Source: an uncultured Eubacteriales bacterium | Lineage (GTDB): Bacteria > Bacillota > Clostridia > Oscillospirales > CAG-272 | Direction of reading: 5' to 3' | Length of the DNA stretch: 64,000 bases | Assembly: GCA_934434925.1 (NCBI GenBank) | Contig: CAKSAC010000002.1 | Span: forward strand, 91,432 to 155,431 | Part shown: piece by piece, positions 10,283 through 18,414 of the stretch | Position numbering within the stretch: position 1 is the stretch's first letter | Layout of the letters: the number at the start of each line of letters is the position of its first letter | The notes under the pieces: model-generated | The model's input: the letters and a program-made list of their open reading frames with translations, nothing else | What the model was told of the DNA's origin: nothing | Databases searched by the model: none | Made by a program: the position numbers and the translations under genes

Positions 10283-10322
10283 ATTCTTTTCTCCCGTGTC
10301 AGAATAAAACTCTACATCATCT

Positions 10323-10351
10323 ATTGTAGCATACCCCACATGGAAAATCAA
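10323..10351 (-). promoter_or_regulatory. sigma-A-type promoter of the GRE/activase operon
   Basis: On the minus strand: TTGATT, 17 nt, TACAAT. It lies about 40 nt upstream of ATG 10282, with an AT-rich tract further upstream. Confidence 0.6.
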
Positions 10352-10409
10352 GCCCCCGCGCCATTGTTTTTTGAAAATATTTTTTATTTTTTGTGAATTT
10401 TTTTATTTT

Positions 10410-10451
10410 CAAAAAAGATAAACCGGAACCGCTTTTCGCGATATCCGGTTT
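10410..10451 (-). terminator. intrinsic terminator after the icd-coupled membrane protein gene
   Basis: On the minus strand: AAACCGGA...TCCGGTTT stem with an inner ATCGC/GCGgT pairing, followed by ATCTTTTTT. Confidence 0.65.
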
Positions 10452-10494
10452 GTCTGTTGCCTATGCGGTTCTGGTTGCCCGGCGGCGGACAGGG

Positions 10495-11187
10495 TCATTT
10501 CTTCATCGCGGACCCGGGCGAAAAGAGGCGAAAAAGCGGCGCAACCGCCGGATAAAACACGACCATCCGGTCAAGAACCCGGCCGAAAAATCCGATGATA
10601 AACCCGTTGCAGAGCGCCATGACCAAGGTTCCCCATCCGATTCCAACGAAACGGCCGAACCCGAAAAAAGCAAAGGACAGGACAAGAGAAACCAGCGCGC
10701 TGACCGCGTCATAACAAAATTTGAAGCGGTCGATCGGGCAGGAAAACGCCGCGGATACTTCCCTCACAAAGAGGTCGTATGCCTCCGGAGAAAGGTAGGA
10801 GCGGAACATCAGCGAAACGGCGAGTGAAGTCAGGACCATCCCGAGTGTAAGCCAGACGATACGGAGCGGGAGCGTTCCGGCAGGAAGACCGCCAAGGAGC
10901 GAAACGAACCGGTCGAGAATCAGGCCATACAGAAACGCCGTCACAAAGGAAAAGAGATAGCTGAGACAAAACCTGCGCAGAAGAAGAGACATGGCAAGAA
11001 GCAAGACCGCCTGCAAAAGATATTCCGCCATGCCGAAACTGATGCCGAAAAACGCCGAAAAAAGATAGGCAGGCGCCACAATCATCGACAGCCCGAGGTC
11101 GGCTTTTGCGGTCAGAGCAACGCTGAACGCCATCAGGACCAACCCGACGATATAAAGTATCTCCTGCGGAACGCGAATCTTTTTCAT
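10495..11187 (-). CDS. polytopic membrane protein (YczE/YitT-like, family uncertain)
   Basis: 230 aa with about 6 hydrophobic segments. Its ATG overlaps the icd stop (ATGA). Family assignment is from the N-terminal pattern only. Confidence 0.55.
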   Translation of the reverse strand: MKKIRVPQEILYIVGLVLMAFSVALTAKADLGLSMIVAPAYLFSAFFGISFGMAEYLLQAVLLLAMSLLLRRFCLSYLFSFVTAFLYGLILDRFVSLLGGLPAGTLPLRIVWLTLGMVLTSLAVSLMFRSYLSPEAYDLFVREVSAAFSCPIDRFKFCYDAVSALVSLVLSFAFFGFGRFVGIGWGTLVMALCNGFIIGFFGRVLDRMVVFYPAVAPLFRLFSPGSAMKK

Positions 11188-12350
11188 CCGAGTTTTTCAA
11201 GCGTTTCCATCACATATTGACCGAACGCTTCGCAAGTCGCGCCGTCCGGCCGGCCGGTAATCACCAGTTTTTTCTCTTCCAGCGTGCAGATATCCAGCGC
11301 ACGCGCCAATTTGTCCGCCCGATCCTGCAAGCCGATGTGAGAGAGGAGCATCACCACCGCGCGAAGCATGGAACAGGGGTCCGCATATGCGCCGCGCCCT
11401 TCGTTTATCATGCGGGGGGCTGAACCGTGGATCGCCTCAAACATAGCATAATGCTTGCCGATATTGGCGCATCCGGCCGTTCCGACTCCGCCCTGCATCT
11501 CTGCGGCCTCGTCCGAGATAATGTCGCCGTACAGATTCGGCAGGAGCAGAATCTTGAAATCACGGCGGCGTTTCTTGTCTACCAGCTTGGCCGTCATAAT
11601 GTCGGCGTACCATTCGTCTGTCAGAATTTCCGGATATTCGGCCGCGACGCGGCGGCAGTCTTCTATGAAATTCCCGTCCGTTGTTTTGATAACGTTGGCC
11701 TTTGTCACAATCGACACACGCCCGTACCCGTTCTTGCGGGCATAATCATACGCAATGCGGGCAATGCGGTCCGACCCCTGACGGGTCGTCACAGTAAAAT
11801 CGAAGGCCAGATCATCGGTCACATTGAAGCCGCTGTTTCCGATGGCATAGGCCCCCTCGGTGTTCTCGCGGAAAATGACCCAGTCGATCCCCTCTTCGGG
11901 TACACGGACAGGGCGGATATTGGCAAAAAGGTCAAGCGCTTTCCGCATAGCGACGTTCGCGCTTTCGATATTGGGCATTCCGCTTCCCTTTTGGGGCGTG
12001 GTGGTCGGCCCTTTGAGGATGATGTGGCAGGATTGTAACTCGGCCAGCACATCGTCGGGGATCCCCTTGCCATGGGCGATCCGGTTTTCCAGCGTCAGCC
12101 CTTCAATCGGAATAAACCGTACTTTCCCGCTTTCGCACAGGTCGGCGAGAATATGGCGAAGGACCCGCTCTGCCTCGGCGCAGATAATCGGTCCGATTCC
12201 GTCTCCGCCGCAAATGCCGATCCGGATTTCGGGCAGCGCGGCATAATCGGTGAAATCGCCGTCGGCCTTCATGCGCTCGACGCGGGCCAGTTGCCCCTCC
12301 ATCAGCGCGCGGAATTTTTCAAGTGCCAGTTCAATCTTTTCGTTACTCAT
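11184..12350 (-). CDS. icd: isocitrate dehydrogenase (isocitrate/isopropylmalate dehydrogenase family)
   Basis: ORF trimmed to ATG 12350 (MSNEKIE), which lies 2 nt after the aconitase stop. Beta-decarboxylating dehydrogenase pattern (GGDGIGPI, NLYGDIISD). Operon context with aconitase and citrate synthase. Confidence 0.8.
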   Translation of the reverse strand: MSNEKIELALEKFRALMEGQLARVERMKADGDFTDYAALPEIRIGICGGDGIGPIICAEAERVLRHILADLCESGKVRFIPIEGLTLENRIAHGKGIPDDVLAELQSCHIILKGPTTTPQKGSGMPNIESANVAMRKALDLFANIRPVRVPEEGIDWVIFRENTEGAYAIGNSGFNVTDDLAFDFTVTTRQGSDRIARIAYDYARKNGYGRVSIVTKANVIKTTDGNFIEDCRRVAAEYPEILTDEWYADIMTAKLVDKKRRRDFKILLLPNLYGDIISDEAAEMQGGVGTAGCANIGKHYAMFEAIHGSAPRMINEGRGAYADPCSMLRAVVMLLSHIGLQDRADKLARALDICTLEEKKLVITGRPDGATCEAFGQYVMETLEKLG

Positions 12351-12352
12351 TT

Positions 12353-14272
12353 TCAATTTCCTTCTTTGGTATAGTTCAAAAGTCCGCCCGCCGCGAGGAT
12401 CGCTCGCTGGCGTTCCGTGAAGCCGAGGCAAAGGACAACGGGGCGGCCGCCGATTTTTGCGGTCACGGTGTCGCGCTCCCGGATTGCATCCGCAAAGCCG
12501 TCGATCTCCATGCTGTCGCCTTCCCGGATCCCGTCGTAATCAGCCGGATCAAGAAAAGTCAGCGGGACAATGCCGGCATTGATGAGATTGGCCTGGTGAA
12601 TTCTGGCAAAGCTCTTGGCAACGACCGCGCGCACACCGAGATAAAGCGGAACGAGCGCCGCATGCTCCCGTGAACTTCCCTGCCCGTAATTTTCCCCGCC
12701 GACAATGACGCAGGAGCCTGCCGCCTTGGCGCGTTCCGCAAAAGTTTCATCCGACACGCGGAAGCAAAACTGCGAAAGATACGGCACGTTGGAACGGTAG
12801 GGAAGAATCTTGGTTCCCGCCGGCATGATATGGTCGGTCGTAATATTGTCGCCGACTTTCAGCAATACTTTCTCGGAAAGATTGCAATCGGGAGCTTTCC
12901 CCTGCGGAACCGGCCTGATATTCGGCCCTCTTACGACCTCGACCTCTTCCCCTTCCGGCGCCGGCAGAAGAATCATGCTGTCATCCACCGTAAATTTCTC
13001 CGGCAGGACCGGAGCGGGGATCGGGGCAAACACGGTCGGGTCGGTAATCGTTCCCGTCAGCGCGGAGGCCACCGCCGTCTCGGGGGAGACCAGATAGACC
13101 TGCGCGTCTTTGGTGCCGCTCCGTCCTTCAAAGTTGCGGTTGAAAGTACGGAGACTGACGCCGGCGCTCTCCGGTGAAAAGCCCATGCCGATACAGGGTC
13201 CGCAAGCGCATTCCAAAAGACGCGCCCCGGCGGCAAGCATGTCGGCCAGCGCGCCGCAACGGGAAAGTTCCATCAGTACCTGGCGCGAACCCGGCGATAT
13301 CGAAAGGCTGACATCGGGATGTATATGACGGCCGCGAAGCATGGCGGCCACCGTCAGCATATCGGAAAGAGAAGAGTTTGTGCAGGAGCCGATGCAGACC
13401 TGATTGACCCGGATACCCGACAGTCCGGAAACCGGAACGACTTTATCGGGCGAATGCGGGCAGGCCGCCAGCGGAACAAGCGTATCCAGATCGATTTCCA
13501 CCGTGTCGGCATATGTGGCGTCGGTATCGGCCGCGAGCGGGCGATAATCTTCTTCTCTGCCCTGCGCGCAAAGAAACGCGCGGGTCGTCTCGTCGGACGG
13601 GAAGATCGAAGTCGTGGCCCCGAGTTCCGCGCCCATATTGGTGATTGTGGCGCGTTGCGGAACCGAAAGCCCCGTCACCCCGTCGCCGCAATATTCCATC
13701 ACAGCGCCGACCCCGCCCTTGACGCTCAGCCGGCGGAGAACCTCCAGAATCACATCTTTGGCACCGGCCGGAGAACGGAGCGCCCCGTGCAGAAGCACAC
13801 GGATAATCCGCGGAGCGCGCAGATAGTATGCACCGCCGCCCATGGCCACGGCAACATCCAGCCCTCCGGCTCCCATGCCGAGCATTCCGATACCGCCGGC
13901 CGTGGGGGTATGGCTGTCGGACCCGATCAACGTTTTGCCGGGAATGCCGAACCGCTCCAGATGCACCTGATGGCAGATTCCGTTTCCGGGGCGGGAAAAG
14001 CGAATACCGTGCTTTTTGGTCACCGTCTGCAAATAGCGATGGTCATCCGCATTCTCAAACCCTGCCTGGAGAGTATTGTGGTCTACATAGGCAACGGAAA
14101 GCTCGGTTTTCACGCGCGGAATCCCCATGGCTTCAAATTGCAGATAGGCCATGGTTCCTGTCGCGTCCTGCGTCAGCGTCTGATCAATCCGGATGGAAAT
14201 TTCTTCGCCGGGGATCAGTTTTCCCGATACGAGATGAGCGGAAAGGATTTTTTCAGTCAAGGTCATTCCCAT
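12353..14272 (-). CDS. acn: aconitate hydratase
   Basis: 639 aa. Aconitase-family motifs (IRIDQTLTQDATG, GSDSHT, CIGSCTNS, CGPCIGMG) followed by a swivel domain. Confidence 0.9.
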   Translation of the reverse strand: MGMTLTEKILSAHLVSGKLIPGEEISIRIDQTLTQDATGTMAYLQFEAMGIPRVKTELSVAYVDHNTLQAGFENADDHRYLQTVTKKHGIRFSRPGNGICHQVHLERFGIPGKTLIGSDSHTPTAGGIGMLGMGAGGLDVAVAMGGGAYYLRAPRIIRVLLHGALRSPAGAKDVILEVLRRLSVKGGVGAVMEYCGDGVTGLSVPQRATITNMGAELGATTSIFPSDETTRAFLCAQGREEDYRPLAADTDATYADTVEIDLDTLVPLAACPHSPDKVVPVSGLSGIRVNQVCIGSCTNSSLSDMLTVAAMLRGRHIHPDVSLSISPGSRQVLMELSRCGALADMLAAGARLLECACGPCIGMGFSPESAGVSLRTFNRNFEGRSGTKDAQVYLVSPETAVASALTGTITDPTVFAPIPAPVLPEKFTVDDSMILLPAPEGEEVEVVRGPNIRPVPQGKAPDCNLSEKVLLKVGDNITTDHIMPAGTKILPYRSNVPYLSQFCFRVSDETFAERAKAAGSCVIVGGENYGQGSSREHAALVPLYLGVRAVVAKSFARIHQANLINAGIVPLTFLDPADYDGIREGDSMEIDGFADAIRERDTVTAKIGGRPVVLCLGFTERQRAILAAGGLLNYTKEGN

Positions 14273-14921
14273 AATTCTTCTCCAGTACTTTCATAAGATT
14301 CAGATATGCGGCCTCCACATGGCGGACGGTCAGTTCCTCGGCGGCATCGCCGTCGCCTTTTCGGATTGCCTCGGCGATGGCGCGATGCTCCCGCACCGAT
14401 TCCGCCGCGCGGCCGGGGGCAAAAAGAGAGCGTTTCCGGTAGAGAGCAATCTGGCGGTGGAGCCGCACCAGCGCCTCGCTGATGATACGGCTGTCGCATA
14501 TCCGGTAGACCAGGTCATGAAATTCGCCGTCCAGGTCTTTCAGTTTTTCGGTTCCGCCCTTTTCAAGGAAAAACTCCTGCATTTCCACGATTTCAAACAG
14601 GCGGGCACAATCTGTCTCCCCGGCCTTCCCGGCGGCGCGGCGCGAAGCCAGCCCCTCAATCCGGCGGCGGATCTCGTAAATATCAGCCAGATCGGTGCGG
14701 CCGATACCGACGACCACGGCGGTACGGTTCGGTTCGATACGGATCAGACCGTCCCGCTCCAAATGCCGGATCGCCTCGCGAACGGGTGTGCGGGAGGCTC
14801 CGGTCAGATCGCAGGCGTGCTGTTCGGTAATGCATTCGCCGGCGGGAATGGCACCGCTGAGAATCTTCTCTTCCAGAATGGCGTAGGCCGTCTCTTCAAG
14901 AGAATAGCGTTTTTCCTGCAT
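14253..14921 (-). CDS. GntR-family transcriptional regulator (FadR/FCD subfamily)
   Basis: 222 aa. N-terminal winged HTH (LTGASRTPVREAIRHLERDGLI) plus an all-helical C-terminal domain. GAGGTG RBS. Overlaps the aconitase start by 20 nt. Confidence 0.85.
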   Translation of the reverse strand: MQEKRYSLEETAYAILEEKILSGAIPAGECITEQHACDLTGASRTPVREAIRHLERDGLIRIEPNRTAVVVGIGRTDLADIYEIRRRIEGLASRRAAGKAGETDCARLFEIVEMQEFFLEKGGTEKLKDLDGEFHDLVYRICDSRIISEALVRLHRQIALYRKRSLFAPGRAAESVREHRAIAEAIRKGDGDAAEELTVRHVEAAYLNLMKVLEKNYGNDLD

Positions 14922-14924
14922 AAG

Positions 14925-16298
14925 TCACCTCGCAAAACGTCCGGGCGCAAGCCGGGCGAAGATCTGTTCCAGTTCTCCGTCCGACATGATCGTTGTGCGG
15001 CCGTCTTCGTATTGTGCGTCGATCTCTTTTTTGGCTTCGGCCACCAGCGGGTCATATTTATTGATCATCTGCTCTTCGGGAATTTTGTAATGCCGGTTCA
15101 GCCAATAGGCAATGCCGGCAAGGCCCGATGTGTTGCTGATTGAAACCGTCGGCGGGCGGTTCAGGATCGTCTCGGTGTCAAACACGTTGTAGATTTCCGC
15201 ATCCTTGATCAGCCCGTCCGCATGGACTCCGGCACGCGTCATATTGAACGCCTCGCCGACAAAGGGAGTCATGGGGGGGATGTCATAATGCAGTTCGTTC
15301 CTATAATAATCGGCGATCTCGGTAATGACGGTGGTATCCATTCCGTCGGTCGTGCCGCGGAGAGAAGCGTATTGCAGGACCATGGCTTCAAGCGGTACAT
15401 TGCCGGTCCGTTCTCCGATTCCGAGCAGGGAGCAGTTCACGCCCGACGCTCCGTAAAGCCATGCGGATACGGCATTGGCCACCCCGAGGTAAAAATCATT
15501 ATGTCCGTGCCATTCCAGATATTCCGAATCAATATCGGCATAGTGGTTCAGACCGTAAATGATACCGGGAACGCTTCGCGGCAGCGCCACGCCGGGATAA
15601 GGTACGCCGTACCCCATCGTATCGCACATCCGCACCCGCACCGGTATGCCCGCCTGATGGGAAAGCTCGGAGAGGCGGTTGACGAACGGAATGACAAAGC
15701 CGTAAAAGTCGGCGCGGGTGATGTCTTCCAGATGGCAACGCGGAATGATCCCATGCTCAAACGCCTGCGAAACGACGCCGAGATAGTGATCCTGCGCCTG
15801 AGAACGCGTCATATTCATTTTTTTGAAAATGTGATAATCAGAGCAGGAGACCAGAATGCCGGTCTCCTTGATCCCGATGTCTTTCACCAGGCGGAAGTCC
15901 TCGTCACGGGCGCGAATCCAGGTGGTAATCTCCGGGAAGCGATATCCGAGGGCAAGGCAACGCTCGACCGCTTCTCTGTCCTTCTTCGTATAGACAAAAA
16001 ATTCGCTCTGACGGATGATGCCGTTCGGGCCGCCGAGACGGGCTTCCAGCTTGTAGATATCCTCGATCTGCTTCGCCGTGTACGGCTCACGCGACTGTTG
16101 CCCGTCGCGGAAGGTCGTATCGGTGATGAAAATCTCCTCCGGCATATGCTCCGGAACGCGCCGATGGTTGAACGCGATTTTCGGGACCGTCTTGTATTCG
16201 TACAGTTCGCGGTAGAGATTCGGCTCTGCCACATCTTGCAGAGAATATTTGTATTGAGCAATTTCCAGCAGATTGGATTGCGGATTTTTCTTTAACAT
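14925..16298 (-). CDS. citrate (Re)-synthase (HMGL-like, homocitrate/isopropylmalate synthase family)
   Basis: 457 aa. The ITDTTFRDGQQS motif matches the HMGL-like aldolase fold. It lies in an operon with acn and icd, as known for clostridial Re-citrate synthase. Confidence 0.7.
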   Translation of the reverse strand: MLKKNPQSNLLEIAQYKYSLQDVAEPNLYRELYEYKTVPKIAFNHRRVPEHMPEEIFITDTTFRDGQQSREPYTAKQIEDIYKLEARLGGPNGIIRQSEFFVYTKKDREAVERCLALGYRFPEITTWIRARDEDFRLVKDIGIKETGILVSCSDYHIFKKMNMTRSQAQDHYLGVVSQAFEHGIIPRCHLEDITRADFYGFVIPFVNRLSELSHQAGIPVRVRMCDTMGYGVPYPGVALPRSVPGIIYGLNHYADIDSEYLEWHGHNDFYLGVANAVSAWLYGASGVNCSLLGIGERTGNVPLEAMVLQYASLRGTTDGMDTTVITEIADYYRNELHYDIPPMTPFVGEAFNMTRAGVHADGLIKDAEIYNVFDTETILNRPPTVSISNTSGLAGIAYWLNRHYKIPEEQMINKYDPLVAEAKKEIDAQYEDGRTTIMSDGELEQIFARLAPGRFAR

Positions 16299-16313
16299 GG
16301 CGTTCCCCTTTCG

Positions 16314-16325
16314 ATTGTATACAAT
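16314..16325. promoter_or_regulatory. perfect 12-bp palindrome, candidate GntR-type operator
   Basis: ATTGTATACAAT lies between the -10 box and the RBS. Further ATACAA half-sites occur at 16327 and 16345. It fits the generic GntR GT-Nx-AC operator pattern. Confidence 0.5.
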
Positions 16326-16334
16326 TATACAAGT

Positions 16335-16363
16335 ATAATATCATACAATCCGCCCTTTGTCAA
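16335..16363 (-). promoter_or_regulatory. sigma-A-type promoter of the Re-citrate synthase operon
   Basis: On the minus strand: TTGACA, 17 nt, TATTAT. Confidence 0.65.
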
Positions 16364-16417
16364 GAGAAAGAGAAAAAATCCTTGATATCCGACCGGAAAA
16401 AGCGAAAGTCGCGCAAA

Positions 16418-16461
16418 ATCGCGCCCGAAGACCGCGCCCGAAGATCGCGCCCGAAGATCGC
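16418..16461. repeat. tandem repeat, 13-bp unit x 3.4
   Basis: ATCGCGCCCGAAG / ACCGCGCCCGAAG / ATCGCGCCCGAAG / ATCGC. It lies between terminator 16475-16508 and the Re-citrate-synthase promoter. Confidence 0.9.
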
Positions 16462-16474
16462 ACAAATAGCACAC

Positions 16475-16508
16475 CAAAAAACGCCGCCCGCATTTGCGCG
16501 GGCGGGCT
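16475..16508 (-). terminator. intrinsic terminator after the Zn-ribbon/DUF896/CBM9-like operon
   Basis: On the minus strand: GC-rich 9-bp stem (GCCCGCCCGC / GCGGGCGGC) followed by GTTTTTTGG. Confidence 0.7.
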
Positions 16509-16678
16509 GGCATCAAAATATAAAGCAAAACCCGGGCGGTATCAAAGACCGGCGGCGGAAAAATCAAAGGGCCGGAATAAAGCGGGCCGAAAGCACGGAG
16601 TACATCCCCGATTTCAAAACGAGGAAAGCACCGTTTTGCCGCGGTTGCAGAGCCGCGGGGGAGCTTTCTGCTCTCGGT

Positions 16679-17293
16679 TCAAACCGTTTCGTCCCGCAAT
16701 TCAAACCTTCCGAAATACGCGGACTGGTGATAATCCGGCCGGGGCAGCTCGATCGGGTTCCAGACCGCAAAATGCTTATGTCCGGTCTTGTCGCCGCACT
16801 TGTAAAAATTGCCGCGCATCTCGGTATCCACGTGGTCGTAATAGCGCGTCAGGAAGGAATAAGGGATATAAATCTGCACGTTCCATTCCTCGTCGGTGAT
16901 CAGCGTTTCAAAACGGAAGCCGCCATCCGTGATGTCAAGCAACTGCCGGTCATACCGCCCCGCACCGAACCCGATATGTGTAATCCCGAGCGGATTGACT
17001 TCAATATTGATATAACGGTCATCGGTCATGTTGGGAATGAAGAAAAATTCCATGCAACTGTCTTCGCAAATCATCTCATTGCGGACAGAGTGGTGCGCCA
17101 CCAACGGGCGTTCGTCGGTCGTCAGGCGGACGGTCAGGCCGCTTTCGCCGTGAACCAGGCGGGCTTTCGTACAAAAGCGGGAGGGATAATCATTTTCCCA
17201 AACATACGAAACCTCTGCGGCAGGAACCGCAAGCCAGGCGGCATCGTATACATGCAAGTGGTCTCCGGCGTTCAAAACTTTATAGGTCTTCAT
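16679..17293 (-). CDS. cytoplasmic CBM9-like (carbohydrate-binding family 9-like) protein
   Basis: ORF trimmed to ATG 17293 (MKTYKVL), 204 aa, no signal peptide. Pattern EDSCMEFFF...INIEVNPLG. Overlaps the upstream DUF896 gene by 14 nt. Confidence 0.55.
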   Translation of the reverse strand: MKTYKVLNAGDHLHVYDAAWLAVPAAEVSYVWENDYPSRFCTKARLVHGESGLTVRLTTDERPLVAHHSVRNEMICEDSCMEFFFIPNMTDDRYINIEVNPLGITHIGFGAGRYDRQLLDITDGGFRFETLITDEEWNVQIYIPYSFLTRYYDHVDTEMRGNFYKCGDKTGHKHFAVWNPIELPRPDYHQSAYFGRFELRDETV

Positions 17294-17513
17294 GCTTCTT
17301 TTCCTCTTTCTTTTCTTTCGGAACAAGTTTTTCCCGTGTTCCGTCCGGGCGTTCAATCACCGTATGTTCCAAAGTTCCCCGTAACGAAGCGCGGAAGGCG
17401 GCAAGATATTCCTCCCGGAGAGCTTTCTGTTCGGCCAGTTCTTCTTCTGTAAGCGCCCCCTCGCGGGCGCGGCGGGCCAGTTCGTTAATGCGTTCGATTT
17501 TCGTTTTTTCCAT
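17280..17513 (-). CDS. DUF896 (UPF0291/YnzC-like) small protein
   Basis: 77 aa starting MEKTKIERINELARRAREGALTEEELAEQKALREEYL, typical of the family. Its ATG overlaps the upstream stop (TGATG). Confidence 0.7.
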   Translation of the reverse strand: MEKTKIERINELARRAREGALTEEELAEQKALREEYLAAFRASLRGTLEHTVIERPDGTREKLVPKEKKEEKKHEDL

Positions 17514-17881
17514 CAGCGTATCACCTGTATGATCAAATATAGGAGCAGGGCCAGCGCCATGCACCCAAGGCCGAGCCAAAGCGAAAGGTTCGGGGCGGGC
17601 AGGGCGCGTTTCGGCACGGGAATGGCCCCCGGCGGTTCCTCCGGTATTTCCCCGGGACGGCATAAAGCCGCCAAAGCGCGCAGAACAGACGGATCGCGGA
17701 TTTCCGCGGACGAAAAGGCCCGTATCGCCGCCTCTTTGGCCTCGGGGTCTTCCCCGCTCAGGGCCTCGGCATGGGCAGCGCAGATCGGACAGAGCGGTTT
17801 TTCGCGCCCCTGTCCGTCAAAGGTCAGAATCGGCGCGTCTCCTTCGGGGAGCGTTTCCCCGCAAATGCAACAAGTGGCCAT
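17513..17881 (-). CDS. zinc-ribbon protein with C-terminal membrane anchor (hypothetical)
   Basis: About 122 aa with CCICG...CPIC pairs and a C-terminal TM segment (LWLGLGCMALALLLYLII). A GAGGAGA RBS precedes tandem ATG ATG, and I chose the second. Confidence 0.5.
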   Translation of the reverse strand: MATCCICGETLPEGDAPILTFDGQGREKPLCPICAAHAEALSGEDPEAKEAAIRAFSSAEIRDPSVLRALAALCRPGEIPEEPPGAIPVPKRALPAPNLSLWLGLGCMALALLLYLIIQVIR

Positions 17882-17969
17882 CATTCTCCTCTCTTTTTTG
17901 CAGATACCAAAATACCGCCGCAAACGCTTACAGGACGCGGCTGTTTCCGTATTTCCAAAAAGGTACGGG

Positions 17970-18003
17970 AAAAATCCGGAAAAGCGCGGGCAACCCGTGC
18001 GCG
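17970..18003 (-). terminator. intrinsic terminator after the small Cys-protein gene
   Basis: On the minus strand: GCGCACGGG / CCCGCGC stem beginning next to the stop, followed by TTTTCCGGATTTTTCCC. Confidence 0.5.
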
Positions 18004-18004
18004 G

Positions 18005-18196
18005 TCAGATCTGCTTTCTTACATTGATATATTCGTCATGGAACTGATAGAAAGGGCAACGAGTGCCGGAACGGAACGCATACTGCCCCATTTCATCTTC
18101 ATCCGGCATCCGGTCGCAGAAATGAGCCAAAAAATCTTCATCAAACTGATGATGGATACAGGTCTCGCAGGACGGAGGCATTTTTTTGTTTTCCAT
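18005..18196 (-). CDS. small Cys-containing hypothetical protein
   Basis: 63 aa from ATG 18196 (GGGGAGA RBS). It has its own promoter (18263-18291) and terminator. Cys pattern CETC...C...C. Confidence 0.5.
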   Translation of the reverse strand: MENKKMPPSCETCIHHQFDEDFLAHFCDRMPDEDEMGQYAFRSGTRCPFYQFHDEYINVRKQI

Positions 18197-18262
18197 ATGT
18201 TCTCCCCTTTCTGCTTTTTCCGGGCGGGCGACGGTCGGCAATCCCCGGCCCCCACCCGTTTC

Positions 18263-18291
18263 AGTATACCATATACGGCATCAAAAATCAA
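18263..18291 (-). promoter_or_regulatory. sigma-A-type promoter of the small Cys-protein gene
   Basis: On the minus strand: TTGATT, 17 nt, TATACT, with a TGg extended -10. Confidence 0.55.
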
Positions 18292-18355
18292 GTTACCGGA
18301 GCAAAACTTCAAGACAAGACAAGCCGCGGGAACAGGGCGCAAAAATCAGGTTGCC

Positions 18356-18387
18356 GGGAAAAGAACCCCGGCTTTTGCCGGGGTTCT
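18356..18387 (-). terminator. intrinsic terminator after the CBM9 lipoprotein gene
   Basis: On the minus strand: GAACCCCGGC, AAAA loop, GCCGGGGTTC, followed by TTTTCCC. Confidence 0.7.
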
Positions 18388-18414
18388 CTGAGGTAACAGG
18401 ATTCGCAACGAAAA

